In this document: one piece after another, positions 25,079 through 37,953 of the stretch
How the letters are laid out: every line of letters begins with the position of its first letter
Numbering within the stretch: the first letter of the stretch is position 1
Assembly: GCA_050575255.1 (NCBI GenBank)
Contig: JBNZDD010013628.1
Coordinates: 2,822,774 to 2,886,773 of the forward strand
Origin: Harriotta raleighana
Lineage: Eukaryota
Direction: 5' to 3'
Length of the DNA: 64,000 nucleotides
The notes under the pieces: generated by a model
The model's database searches: none
Seen by the model: the letters and a program-made list of their open reading frames with translations, nothing else
What the model was told of the DNA's origin: nothing
Translations under genes and position numbers: made by a program

Positions 25079-26224
25079 ACTGAACGCTCCAACACTTGCT
25101 ATCTAAACTGGTGCATAAAATCAATTAAAGCCACCCTTGGAGGGAGAGCAAAAAAAAGGTTTCCCTTTCAAGCTATTACAGCAACAACCAAAACATCTCT
25201 GAAGTCTGGATAAATCAGTTGTTGCATATTGCTTCGAGATCCTAAGTGCCAATTGAATATGGATGATGCAGGGATGAAAGGATTCTGGGAAGGTAAGTGG
25301 GCAGATTTGAATGAGGTTGATGTGTAAAGTTGAAATTAAAGGACCAAGTCAATCGATATTTTGGATTACATAACATTACATCAGTTTTGATTTCAATAGA
25401 ATTGTTATTTTAAACTAAACAAATTGGTGTGTTTTTTTCCCAATTAGAATGCCATTCTATTTGCTAACATAGACTAAAAATGCAATGAACATCACATTGA
25501 CTCTATTGAGAGCAAATTCTCAACTTCTGTTTCAGACCACACCAGGAGAGTCATAGAGCTATATAAATTACACCAATGGAGGAGGCCATTTGGTCCATCA
25601 AACCTTTGCAGTTACCAAGTCCCACACTGGAGGTAAACACAAATCTCAATTCCTCTTATGTTGTGCACACAGTAGTAAATAAATGAACTGATTAACTTCA
25701 GTTTGAATTTTAGATATGAACCATGAATGCTAGGCTAGCAAAGTCTGAAAACTGTTTTGCTCACTTGTCTGTTACCATACTTAGCTGCTTGGGAGTTGTG
25801 ATTCAAAAGATATGCGTCTATTTCAATCTGGAAATACAAACCAGCAATCTGCAAATACAAAATAGCAATTCCAGTCTGTGAATATTATATTTTACGTCAG
25901 TCGAATTCTGAGCATTGCTTTTAGGACACAATTTCCAAGCGATCAAGATTTCCCAGCGAACTGAGATCCTACTCCACTGGAGGAGTGCTATAATTTTTGT
26001 TTCTTTTTGTTATGTAATCCAAAAAGTAATAATACTTTTAATATTGAAAGTAATAAATATTGAATGCCATTACCACCACTTGCACAAGTGTCAAACATTA
26101 GCTTAAAAAAAGCATTGTGAAAAATACAACACACTGCAAAAACGAGACACTGTACAAATTTTGTGTTTGCTTTGTGGAAATCCTTCCACCCGCTTAAGAG
26201 TACCCAAAACCAGTTTAGTTGCTA

Positions 26225-26445
26225 GCTGTCTTTGCTCTGCATCAGAAGGCTGTTTGTTGGTTCAAGCCCCACATCAGGATTTAATTGGCTATCAATCCAG
26301 TGCTTCGGTATGCTGGATTGTTGGCTGTCCTTCAGATGAGCTGTTAAACTGAGGTCCCACCTGCCTGATAGGTGGATGTTAAAGATCCCATGACTATTCA
26401 AACAGAGTTGGGAGTTTTTGCCAATGTCTTAGCCAACAATTTCCT
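26225..26445 (+). mobile_element. DeuSINE (SacSINE1/AmnSINE-type Deu domain) relic
   Basis: cttcagatgagctgttaaactgaggtccc..ctgcc..ggtggatgttaaagatcccatg.ctattc..agag..ggagtt matches the recalled Deu-domain consensus. Confidence 0.7.
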
Positions 26446-27864
26446 GATTAAAATTGATCAGGAGGACATCCCAAGGCACTGGACAGTCATTGATTCAAAT
26501 GTGTGCATGCCATTTGTTCATGAAGATTTCCCATGTATCCTTGTTCATCATTTTGGCAATTTCAAGGTTTATTTTTGTAATTGAATACAGGATTTCAGAT
26601 AATTACTTACTGATCAATTTATGTCCTTGTATTTTATGTTATCTGAGCCCCTTGATTGGATTACTGCCCTGTAAATCTCACCAGGTATTCTTCATGTTCA
26701 TTTATTCACACACTTGATAATCCTGCAGTTAAACAATGTTTTTTTTTAAAAAAAGAATGCTTTCAGCAAAGGTTAAAAAAATTCATTGGCATCGGATCAC
26801 ATCTGCATTTAAGCAGGTTTCTGGTACTTACAGACCTTTGGCTGGTATAGAAATTTAACAATTTATGAAATATAGTTTTTGTAAAATTATTGTCTTCTTA
26901 CACCACTACATATCCTAAACAAAACACAGAGCCATCTCAGTCACGCAATGATCCAAACATTGCAGTACAAATTCAACCTCTGATTCATAACCCACATTCA
27001 AATATATGTACTGCAGTTACTCAAGCATTCACTCTATGACTGATGTGATTTACAGCCAGTTTGTGAAGTTGTAAGAATCATGACTCAGCTGTTCAGTTTG
27101 AAGGCAGTCAGAGAGCCCTTCAATGTATTTATCACTACGATGAATGAGGAGGGCTCAAAGACAACAGCTTAGGGCACAGCATCACATCTCAGTGACTACA
27201 TCAAGTACCCCAGCATGAAGCAGGCAGAATCTGAATGAGATGAAATCTGGCCCCTCTAAACATACAGACATTTCTAAGCATAGTGAAAGGGCAGCTTTAG
27301 CGAGGGAGAAGCATCTTAAAAAAAAACTAGATTCAATCCATCCATTCTGAATTAGTAATGCATCCTTATTGATGTTGTCACTGTGTTTGACAAGCACATG
27401 ACCTTGCTGGGGAGTATAATACTTTGCAAAGCAGCTCTTCGCTATGCCACATTGATGAAAGAATTAAATTCCCCTTAAGAGATCATTTTTACAGTAATTG
27501 CAATTATGCAGAAGAAGAATCTAACAATAGGAAGGATTTTGATAATTTGCCTATTCTAGAAATATTAATCACTACTTGTCTCCAATCCTAATTTATAATA
27601 CCCATTGTTAGAAATTTACAGAAAAATCCTGGATATATGAAAATCGTATGCAGCAAAGTACAGTATTTTCAAAAATCTTTCTGTACAAAGAACAATTACT
27701 GTACTTCAACCTTTTATAAAATATTGCCATGGAGATCAATGTTAAGGTATTAGTAAATATACAGGAGCCTCATTATACAGCGGTAGCTTGGGGTGCACAG
27801 AACTCCAACCAATGATATAAACACCACTTCCATATACTGTATGTGTGTCAATTGATATCGTACA

Positions 27865-28412
27865 ACAACTACATTAATAGCGAGCCTTTCACATCAAAAG
27901 GATGTCCCACGATGAGGGGTCAGGACCTGAGCATGGGAGTGGGACAGGGTTGGCCTGAGGGAGGGCAGAGAGGTAGGATGGCAGCAGAAGGCACGATAGA
28001 ATAGGAGAATCTTCAGACTGTCTTGAAGGAGGCAAGGGAGGGAGCAAGGTGAAGGGGTTGTGGGATGGAGTTCCAAAGTGGAGGGGCAGAGGATGAAAGC
28101 CTGGTCGACGATGGTAGGGCGGGTCGCGCGAGAGACATGGAGTAGCCGGGAACCTGCTGAATGGAGGGAGTGGACTGGTTGCTGGGTATCAGCAGGTCGG
28201 AGAAGGCAAGGCCATGAAGGGCCTTGAAAGTTCGATCCTCTGAAGAATGTGAAGCCAGTGGAGTCGGGCATTAGTGGGGATGATGGGGTCACGGAGCCTG
28301 GTATGAGAGAGGACAAAAGGTGCACAGTTTGGATGATCTGCAACTTGTGGAGGGAAGAGTTGGGGAAGCCGACAAGGAGGGTGTTGCTATAGTCGAGCCT
28401 TGAGGTGACAAA
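27865..28412 (-). mobile_element. L2 LINE 3' fragment
   Basis: ORF 27894..28553 reads FVTSRLDYSNTLLVGFPNSSLHKLQIIQ. Confidence 0.85.
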
Positions 28413-29039
28413 CGTGTGTGTGTAAGGAAATATCAGGCTCCAGACTTCTGCAGGATAACATATATCAACAATAACATATACTGTACTGTATAAATGCAAT
28501 TGGTGTTCAACTTTGTATAACCCCAAATTTACTCTGCTGAAATAATAAATCATTATTAACGTTAAGTATGTTTGTGCACAATGTGAAGTGCTCCAAAATA
28601 TTATCCTAAATTAAAGATGCTGATGGAACAAAGCTAACAATCTCTAAACAGCAACTCACAATGACAATCAAATCGTTCTCATGTGCAGACTTACTAACAC
28701 AAATCACTTTTCCTCACTTCTAGATTTGCAAGCAACCAACCAAAACAAAGGGATTATATATTTTTCGAAAGCAAACGCTGACACAATTTTGGTGGCACAC
28801 AATAAAAAAAACTAACCAAAATAAAACATAAAAAGCTGCATTATATATTAATATGTAAAAAGCAGCTTCCTCAGACGAACATGAAAAGAGTGAATCCAAG
28901 TAATTTCTTGCTTGGGGCCAAAGCTCTGAGGGAATCACCCCCAACTTCTGACAAACACATTTTAATTATAAGAAGCTGGTGTTCAGGTTGACTAAGCCAG
29001 CAACACTCACCTCAGTTAGAAGGTTGTGCTCGCATTCAA

Positions 29040-30520
29040 TTTTTGAACATTGTCAAGCTTGACCCTCCACCGAACTATTGGGGAGTAAGCAGCTCATAAG
29101 GTGATCTTGAGAGTAGAGATTAAAAGATACAAGTGGCATCAGTCCCATTTGTTGATTCTCATCAGTGTCTGAGGATTTGTGGTGAATACTAATATTTACT
29201 TTAACACTGTCTTGCAGTGATGAGCAGCTACTGGGAGCACAGGCTCCAGCCTTCCATGACCTGTCACTGAGCACCTGGAGATGAGGTGTCTTTATGCTGT
29301 GCATGTTTATTTGCTAAGGCCCCTCGCATCAGGATCTGGCTTAAGCAGCTGGTACTCAGGCAGCTTGATGGAATGGCATTGGACTTGTACCACAAGAACA
29401 TCAAGGTGGCTGGCATCCGCCTTGATTCATTTGCAGAGGCAATGTGGAAAGGTCTACATTTCCAAATGATGGAACCAACCCTCAATGGGTAGGATGGCAG
29501 CTCCAAACTGTGGGCAGGAAGATGGTGGCTATGCTCTCACACATTTCATGCTGAGCTGCACTGCACTCCAGGAAGCTCGCAGTGAGATCCTCTTACCTAC
29601 TGTCCACCCAGTGAGTGCTTAAACCTTGTACAGTAAAAGCTCGTTTATCCGTGACCCGATCAACCGTGACTCGATTCAATTGCTCGACCCCCTCCCGGGA
29701 CAATTCCCCATTCCAGAATCGCGAGTTTGCTCACTTTGCGCATGCGTGCAATGCGTGCGCACTTAGTAAACTTACGCACTTAGGTTTTTTACCGATCGGT
29801 AAAAAATGCAGCGTTACCGATTTTTTCCCCCGACTCTGCTAGAATGCTTTGTTGGTAAGTATCCATACAATATTCTGTTACTATGTAGTGTATTATTAGC
29901 ATGGTATGTTTTAACATCAGTTAAATTTTTATGTCGGGTTTTCGGCGACTTCTCCCTCGTTTATCCGGCACCGTCAATTAGTCGACTCCACCGAGCGTGC
30001 CGGATAAACGAGGTTTTACTGTTTAATGCTTACAGCTGAATTGGCTGCATGCTTGGTAATAGAATGTCAGAAATTGAATCAATCCTCTGTGGTGGGCGGC
30101 GGAGTGGGATGGAGTGGGGCAGTAATCCAGTTCCTCAGTGATCTAGTATTCCCGGGCTCTGCTGATGACACCACAGCCAGCTTGGCAGTCCAGTCTCTGG
30201 GGACAAGAATTCTTCTCACCCGTATCCTGTCAACTCTGCAAGCCCAACCCGAATGAGTAGAGTGGTCCTGGTTGGACAAGCAGCGAGAAAGCTTGACAAG
30301 CACTGCTTTGAATAGCAAGCCATGTGGTTTTAGCTGGTTAATCTCCAGCAAGCCCCCAATACAAATTATAGGCCTCTTGCCAATGTGCAGCTACTACTCT
30401 CCAGCATTGGGCAAACAGACAGGTCCTTCCAGGGATAAAGAGCATTATTTTGATTCCACACACAGCTGGCATGCATGGAACTCTGGTTTGGTTACTTTTA
30501 AGCATGGTTAGCAGATGCTG
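29040..30520 (-). mobile_element. Very old LINE-like remnant interrupted by the MITE at 29631
   Basis: GC-richer, coding-like texture. Minus strand GKRPIICIGG at about 30350-30385 recalls the APE endonuclease P(I/V)IxxGDxN motif. Weak evidence. Confidence 0.3.
29631..30021. mobile_element. Tigger-like MITE with 21-bp TIRs
   Basis: CAGTAAAAGCTCGTTTATCCG ... CGGATAAACGAGGTTTTACTG (20/21 inverted match); TA on the left flank. Confidence 0.85.
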
Positions 30521-31204
30521 TATCTGTCAGAACCCAATTGACACCCCCCTTACCCCGCTCCCCCACCCCCAACTCACAAATACAGTCGCTATACTTTACA
30601 GTAAATCCTGTGAAGTCCTCTGAGATATCCTCCCAACATGAAACTGTATCAGATGCGAGAATTTATATTTTCAAATTATCCTTAATAGGCTCTTGATGCT
30701 TCGAGACACCCCCGATGTGAAAGGCGTTATATCAATGTAAATTGTACAGTACCCAGAGAATTACAGCATATCCCAATTAGATCCGTTCCATCATGTGGCA
30801 AATGAACCATTGTTGTAAGAGGCAGTCGACCATTGAGAAGCAAAGCAGTTTCTGAACTAATTGCTTAACAAGGACGTTGTTAAAATTGTTACCATGGACA
30901 AACTTAGTGTGATTTTATTGTTTGTGATGAGGGTGGCTGAAACTTAAAATGCATTCTCCTACTTAACCTGCACGGAGCATCTTAAAGAAAGAGGCTTCAT
31001 GAAAAGTAGATGATGTTTTGAAATCCACACGCTTGAAAACCCATGCAGTGACACAGTAATTTAGTGAGCTATCTATCAGCCTGAAAGAAAGCACCACCAT
31101 TAGCTTTCATCTTCCTTGCCACATACCCCATGTGGTGCCATGAATCAGAAAATAAATGGAGCAGTTAGCCTGTAATTAATGCTGCACAGGTAAATGTGAG
31201 CACA

Positions 31205-32860
31205 AGATAAGAACATAAGAATTAGAAGCAGGAGTAGGCTATTCGGCCCTTCGAGCCTGCCCCGCCATTCAATAAGAATATGGCTGATCTTCTGACCTAA
31301 CTCTAATTACCTGCCCTATCCCCATATCCCCTAATCCCTCTATTTAAAAAAAAATCTATCAGTTTCAGCTTTGAAAATGTTCAGGGACTGAGCATCTACA
31401 GCCTTCTGGGGTAGTGAAATGAACGCTAACATGCCGTTCAACTTCTTAGTTGCTTACTGCACCTGCAAACTAACTTTTTGAGACTGATGTGCAAGGACAC
31501 CCAAATCCATTTGAACACTAACACTATCTAACCTCTTCCTCTCTAGAAAATAATCTTTTTTTTATTTTTGCTACCTAGATGAATAATTTCACACTTCCCC
31601 ACATTAAATTCCATCTGCCACCTACTTGCCCACTCCCCTAGCCTATCTATATATTTTTGCATCATCCTCAGAGCTCACTCTCCTACCTAGTTTAGTGTTA
31701 TCCCCAAATTTAAACATTTTACATTTAATGTTCTTATCTAGATCATTGATGTAAATAGTAAATAGCTGAGGCCCAAGCACTCCACTAGTTACATTCTGCC
31801 AATTCAAGAATGACCCAATTATCTCTACTCTCTGTTTTCTACCCGTTATCCACTCTTCTATCCATGTTATTATGTTCCCATTAACCCCGTGTGCCTTAAT
31901 CTTGTGTAACAGCCTTTTATGTGGCACTTTTTCAAATGCCTTCTTAAAATCTAAATATACCACATCTACTACTTCCCCCCTATCCAACCTGCTGGATACA
32001 CCTCCAACACTCAAGATTAGTTCAAGCATGACTTCCCTTTTGTAAAGCCACGTTGACGCTGCCTAATCTTTTTATGGTTTTCCAGGGATCCCATAACGAC
32101 ATCTTTAATTAAAGACTCAAAAAATTTCCCTATCACTGACGTCAGACTAACTGGTCTATAGTTCCCCATATTTTCTCTCCCACCCTTCTTAAATAGTAGA
32201 GTTACGTTTGCAATCTTCCAATCAAAGGGGACTTTTCCAGTATATAGAGAATTTTGGAAGATTATAGACAAGCCATCCACTATCTCAGTAGCCGCCTCCT
32301 TTAAAACTCCAGGATGCAGGCCATCCGGTCCAGGGGATTTATCGGTTTTAACACCCAACAATTTACCTAAATCCATTTTTTTAACTAATATTAATCTCCC
32401 TAAGTTGCTCGCTAACATTGTCTTCTTGGTTCCCCTCTATTTTTGGTATGTTTCCAGTGTCTTCTATGGTGAAGACTGTAAAATATACTTGTTTAATGAC
32501 TGCCATGTCTTTGTCCCCTATCATAATTCCCCCTGTCTCTGCCTGTAATGGACCCACATTCACCCTTGATAGCCTATTGGTCTTTATATATTGATAAAAA
32601 CTCTTGCAGTCTGTCTTTATGTTCCTCACTAGTTTGCCCTCATATTCTATTTTCNTATACTTGTTTAATGACTGCCATGTCTTTGTCCCCTATCATAATT
32701 CCCCCTGTCTCTGCCTGTAATGGACCCACATTCACCCTTGATAGCCTATTGCTCTTTATATATTGATAAAAACTCTTGCAGTCTGTCTTTATGTTCCTCA
32801 CTAGTTTGCCCTCATATTCTATTTTCTCCCTCTTAATCAATTTTTTGCTTCTCCTTTGGT
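31205..32860 (-). mobile_element. CR1 LINE fragment (RT region to 3' tail, with internal deletions)
   Basis: ORFs read KSPGPDGLHPGVLKE, NYRPVSLTSVIGK, VDVVYLDFKKAFEKVPHKRLL and LGPQLFTIYINDLD..KFGDNTKL. Tail aagaacataagaattagaagcaggagtagg. About 170 bp is duplicated across the N at 32655. Confidence 0.92.
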
Positions 32861-35235
32861 GATGCACACAAGAGTTTACTTACATATTCAGTCACTACAC
32901 TTCACAGAAAACTGAAACATTGAACTTCAGATGCTCTTGATTGCAAGGATTATATTTTACACATGTATATAAAATTGTTCCTGCTAAACAATTTCCTCAA
33001 TTTAGAATTAAAGAACAAGTACATTGCTCTGCCAACCCATCCCTTCCACCACCATAAGCTTTTAATTGGCGAAAATGGAAGAGTGAAACAGACAAAATCA
33101 AAGCCTACTAGAAATAATCCACAGTGCAGCAAATAGACCATCAAATGCAGCAAATACAATTATGTACAAGAATATTTTTCTAAACCTACTTGATCCTGCC
33201 TTTGCTCAGAACAAAGTCTCTCCTTTGATTCCCATTGTGATAATAATGCCTCTTTAAATATACACTGAATGCCTGCAGCTCTCTTTGTAATGTAACATGT
33301 TCCATCAGTTGAATCAAATATCTATTTGGCAAAATAGGATGTAAAGCTGATGACAATATCCTACTTACGTTATAGTATAGTATACTTTCCTCTTTTCTCT
33401 CTCTCCTCCACATGCATACCGTATCTGGCGAATTACATAAACTTCAGTACAATAAATTGTAGAAGTGTTTAAAGGCAGAGATGAACAACACGTTACATTT
33501 ATACAGCATCCCAGATGTGAGGTAGCATCACAGCGTGGTAAAACAGTGATATCGGATGAGGGGCTTTAGTTACGACGAGAGAGTGGAAATTTGGGATAAA
33601 TTTTCATTGGAGCAGAGAAGATTAAGAGAGAGTACCTGAAAGAAGTGTATGAACTCATGCTGTGCAAACACAAATGCCATTGCAACTGTATCTTAACGGA
33701 CGGAAAAATAAGTCAAGTGTTTTCAGGAGAGGAGTGAAGGATAAATGATCTGGCAAATGATAGAGGGATTGTTTGTTGAAAAATAAGCCAAAAATCTAGG
33801 TTTGAGCATCATTTCCTATTTTTTGTGCTTTTACACAGCGTTAAAATAGTTTTATTTATCAGTGTTTGAAATTCTGGTGAATCATTATGGTGCGAATTTA
33901 CGAAAATACGTAACCAAGTTGTTCAAGTTCAATGCTTCTGATGTACGATCATTGAGATATCATTTTTTTTAAAAACAGGAAACAAAGCACTTACTGTCTT
34001 CATTACAAATAAATCTCCGTTTATTAGAGCAAATCTGTCATCAGAAACATTTAGCCTGGGGTAAGCATGCCCTTTGCATCAGCTGGTACTGTGCACATCC
34101 AGGGTTCAGCGACTGGTTTCATAACTACATTTTCTCACAGCTGTAGCAACACAGATTTGTCTCAGTAACAGCTGAGCTTCCTCCCAACAGTAAGTGACCA
34201 ACCTCCGCGTGATTCTTGTGCCAGCTGACATCACCCAGTGGCTATCTTCCACGAGATGTGGAGTTGTGTCTTGCTACGAACAGCAGCAAAGAATTGCAGT
34301 AAACAACTCGCACTTGTAAAAAATACCTTTCCCATTGAGTGACACATCAAAATGCTTCATAAAATGAGAATGATTAGAAATAAAGAGAATACGACATAGG
34401 CTGACCAGTAATCAACAATACTGAATCACTTTGGGTGAATTTGATGTTAGGAATATTTGCCAGCATAATCATTTCTCCCCACAAAACCATACAAATACAC
34501 TAACATTCAACAACAACAGCAAGAACAAAATTACACTTACGCCTTTCATGTCAGGAGGATTTCCCAAGGCCCTGGCCAGTCACTGTGTCAGACCCGAGAT
34601 GAGAGTAGAGGAAGGGGGGAATTAGGAGTTCATGATTCACCCAGAAAATATACAGGTAACTCACTTCATTCTGTAAAGTGCTTTGAGCCAACTGAACGAC
34701 GCAGTAAAGCGCAACATTAAATGCAAGGATTATAACATCATTTTTCCAATTACAATTTGTTTGCCTTTCCCATTCGATCAACAAAAGGGACAAAGCATAC
34801 CAGGAAAAAGATCCTAGCTTCAATAATTTCCCACTTATATAAAGGGTAGAATTGATAGCTTGCAGCACCTTGCAAGACAAATATTTATCCATGTGTTAAA
34901 TAATCCACAATACTGAAACAATATACTGTAGGACAATCAACAGACCAAAAGTTATACGCTGGATTTCAATTCACATCTATGGTTATTGTTGGTGGATATT
35001 ACATCTGATTGTCAATGGACAGTAGTTTCACATTAGTGTTATAATGCATCTGAGCTCCTCCAGATTGACTTTGTCTAGTGATCAGTAAATGTAGGTTTCA
35101 CATGATTAATGTGTGCAGTGAGAGATGAGGCAAACATGGAAGAAGAATGTATGCAAGGCAAGGGGAAGCCGAGGAATGTAGAAGGAGTCGAGGCATAGGC
35201 AGCTGATTTTAAGACAAGAATATTCATGGCCACCT

Positions 35236-35542
35236 TAATAATAATTCTTGCATTTGATATACTGTATTGCTTTTCACATCTTCTATACTTCTCATGCGCT
35301 TCACAGTAAGTACTGTACAGTGAATTTACTATATTTGTGGGTGAAACACAGCAGCAAATTGCATATGCCAGTGTCCCACATAAAGTCGTAGATTGAGTAA
35401 CCAATTTTTTTTCTTCTTCAGGGATTATTATCAAATGTGTGGAGGAAGGAAATTTGCCCAAGATTTCAACCTGATGGGAATCAAACCCAGTTCTCTTGCT
35501 TGCAAGGCCAGTGCTCTAACCACTGAGTTACAGCAGGACTCC
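35236..35542 (-). mobile_element. tRNA-derived SINE, full length
   Basis: The reverse complement starts ggagtcctgctgtaactcagtggttagagcac and ends aaatgcaagaattattatt. Confidence 0.8.
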
Positions 35543-35554
35543 ACTCTTTATTTG

Positions 35555-35790
35555 GTATAGCATCTTATCACCTCGGAAGGACATTTTAAAGTGGCTCATG
35601 GGATTTGTTATGAAATGGAGTGACTGTGTATTTGTGGGCCAATACAGCAGCGAAATTGCATGCAGCAATATCATAAGCAGCCATGAAACAAATGAACTTT
35701 TCTTCTTGGGGGATTGTCAGCCAGTACAAGAGGAGAACCTCCCCTGAATATTGCCACAGTATTTTTCAACATATCCGAAAGACAGCAACT
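35555..35790 (-). mobile_element. DeuSINE-like relic
   Basis: ggagaacctcccctgaatattgccacagtatttttcaacat is the reverse of the Deu-domain 3' part. Confidence 0.45.
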
Positions 35791-36479
35791 CCAACAATGC
35801 AACACACGCATTTCAATCATAGAAGGGGTTGGAAAGGTCATGGGGGAGCTTTCTTGGTGAACAGAGAACAAATTTGATGTGTTTTTGTCCTTTAGTATGA
35901 TACAGACGGAGAAAGATGTTTCGGCCGCAGAGAGGAAGGAGGTGGGTGAAAGCTTTGTGTCAAAATCTGGAAATGCCTAATTTCAAAAATGAACCACTTC
36001 AAGATCCAGTAGGAGATGTCAATGAACATGCAAGCAAATTAATCAATTATTACAGATTGACTGACATTTTCCCATCCATCTGTTCCATTAGACATCTGTC
36101 ATTCTCATTGACATATCAAACATTGCTGCTAACTAGATGCTGGCAACCATCAAGCTCTGCCAACTAGCGAGACGATTTGAAGCAAATATCTCAAGAGATC
36201 ATGGAAGTGGATTCTTGACTAAAGTTGGAATCCCATATTCTATTGAGACTGAGCTCAGGTAACAACACAAACCAGTGAAAACTGAAAACTTGCTGGTCTG
36301 TTTCACTCATCAAAGTCCAAAAGAGAGTATTCGCCCCATCAATAAATAATCCCTGACAATAAAAAAAATAGTAATCCTTGCATTGATGTATTAACATTAA
36401 CATCAGGAGCAGATCTCAAAGCACTTTACATAATTTAAGTGTAGCGAAGTGTAGTAACTAATTTTGAAATAAATGCCTA

Positions 36480-36715
36480 CAATCAATCAATCAAAATTAC
36501 ATTTATATAGCATCTTTCACGTCGGGAGGACGTCCCCAGGCGCTGAATCAATCAATCAAAATACACCTCTAAGTGAGCCATTCGTCATCTTTCCCCTCCT
36601 TACTCTCTTCGCCTCTCGTCCCCATCTCGGGTGCCAGTCAGAAGTGTCAACTGCTTTGAGACATCTTCCCCACATAAAAGGTGATATACAAATGTAAATT
36701 GTATTGAACAATCAA
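36480..36715. repeat. Inverted pair of L2 3' tails
   Basis: aattacatttatatagcatctttcacgtcgggaggacgtcc (about 36495) pairs with gacatcttccccacataaaaggtgatatacaaatgtaaatt (about 36660-36700). Confidence 0.6.
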
Positions 36716-37953
36716 CTATAACATACTTTTAAAAAGTTTGAATTATCAAATATAGACTGCAAAGATATCTTAATATAGGTTTGAACGTTTGCGAAAACTT
36801 TATGATCCAAATGAATGATTAGCAAATAATGCATTAAATGAAAACATAAAACAAGGTTTTGTCACCATATATAGTTTTGCATTCCCACTGATATCCTGTA
36901 CACATTAAATGCAGGAAGTGGATGGTTTTGCAACATAGACACATTTTGAATGATCTTTAAACGATCCACAGTTTGTTTAAAGTAAAGCATGGAACAGATC
37001 CAGCTGTCTAAAAATTATTTTGAAGATAAATAGTATGTCAAAGAAGTGGGTCAATATGAAGTTACGTTACAAAAATGTAAATGGTTGAATTTCCTGCTGC
37101 AAATTCAATTCAAAGCAGAGACATGATTTATGTTGATCAACAATGTAATGATAATAATATTTTTTCAGAATCAAATTTACACCCAGGCACTCAGAATGCA
37201 GAGATTTTGCAAAATCTTGAATTTGTTAACATGAATCAAACATTCAAGAGATTTGCCCCAATTCTCAGTTAGCGAAACCAATAAAGAGTGTGAATCAAAG
37301 TCACACAAAACCTCGTTCAATGTTTCGTTAGTGCAATGTCTCGTTAGAATTAGCAAATCAGTGGGGCAAAAGTTTTAACATCTTTATAAAAGTTTTCTAG
37401 TTTTACTAGTGTAATCTGGTGAAGACTTAGTGGGAAGAAAAAAAACACTCAGAATATCAGACAGAAATCTTGAATGAATATCAGGAAATGTACTAGTGTA
37501 CATAAAAGCATGTACTAGTATACAATTGAGCAGATGTATTTCCACAAGCAAACACACATACATGCATGCATCCATCCATAAATACATTTATGCTCTAACT
37601 GCACAACAATAACCAGATACCGAAGAGCAGGTGTCAGGAAATACAGGTATCATGACATCAAAATACTGTGTTGAGTCTTGTTCCAGCATATGGAAGAGTG
37701 AGTTCATGAAACTTCAATCCATCCACTTTGTGGGGAGCTGTTCAGACCTTTAATGTTTTCATTATGAGAGTAATCTGTGCTGATTCAGGAAATGTGCAAC
37801 CCTGATCTGGTCAATGCTTTTATTTAAATGCCATTAAGCAGACATGTGCCTTTATAACAAATATTTGCTCACTGGTCATGCTTTCACTGGTAGATTAGGA
37901 AATATTACCAGGTGAGAGAGCCATCACTAGATGGCAAACCATCTTACAATCTA

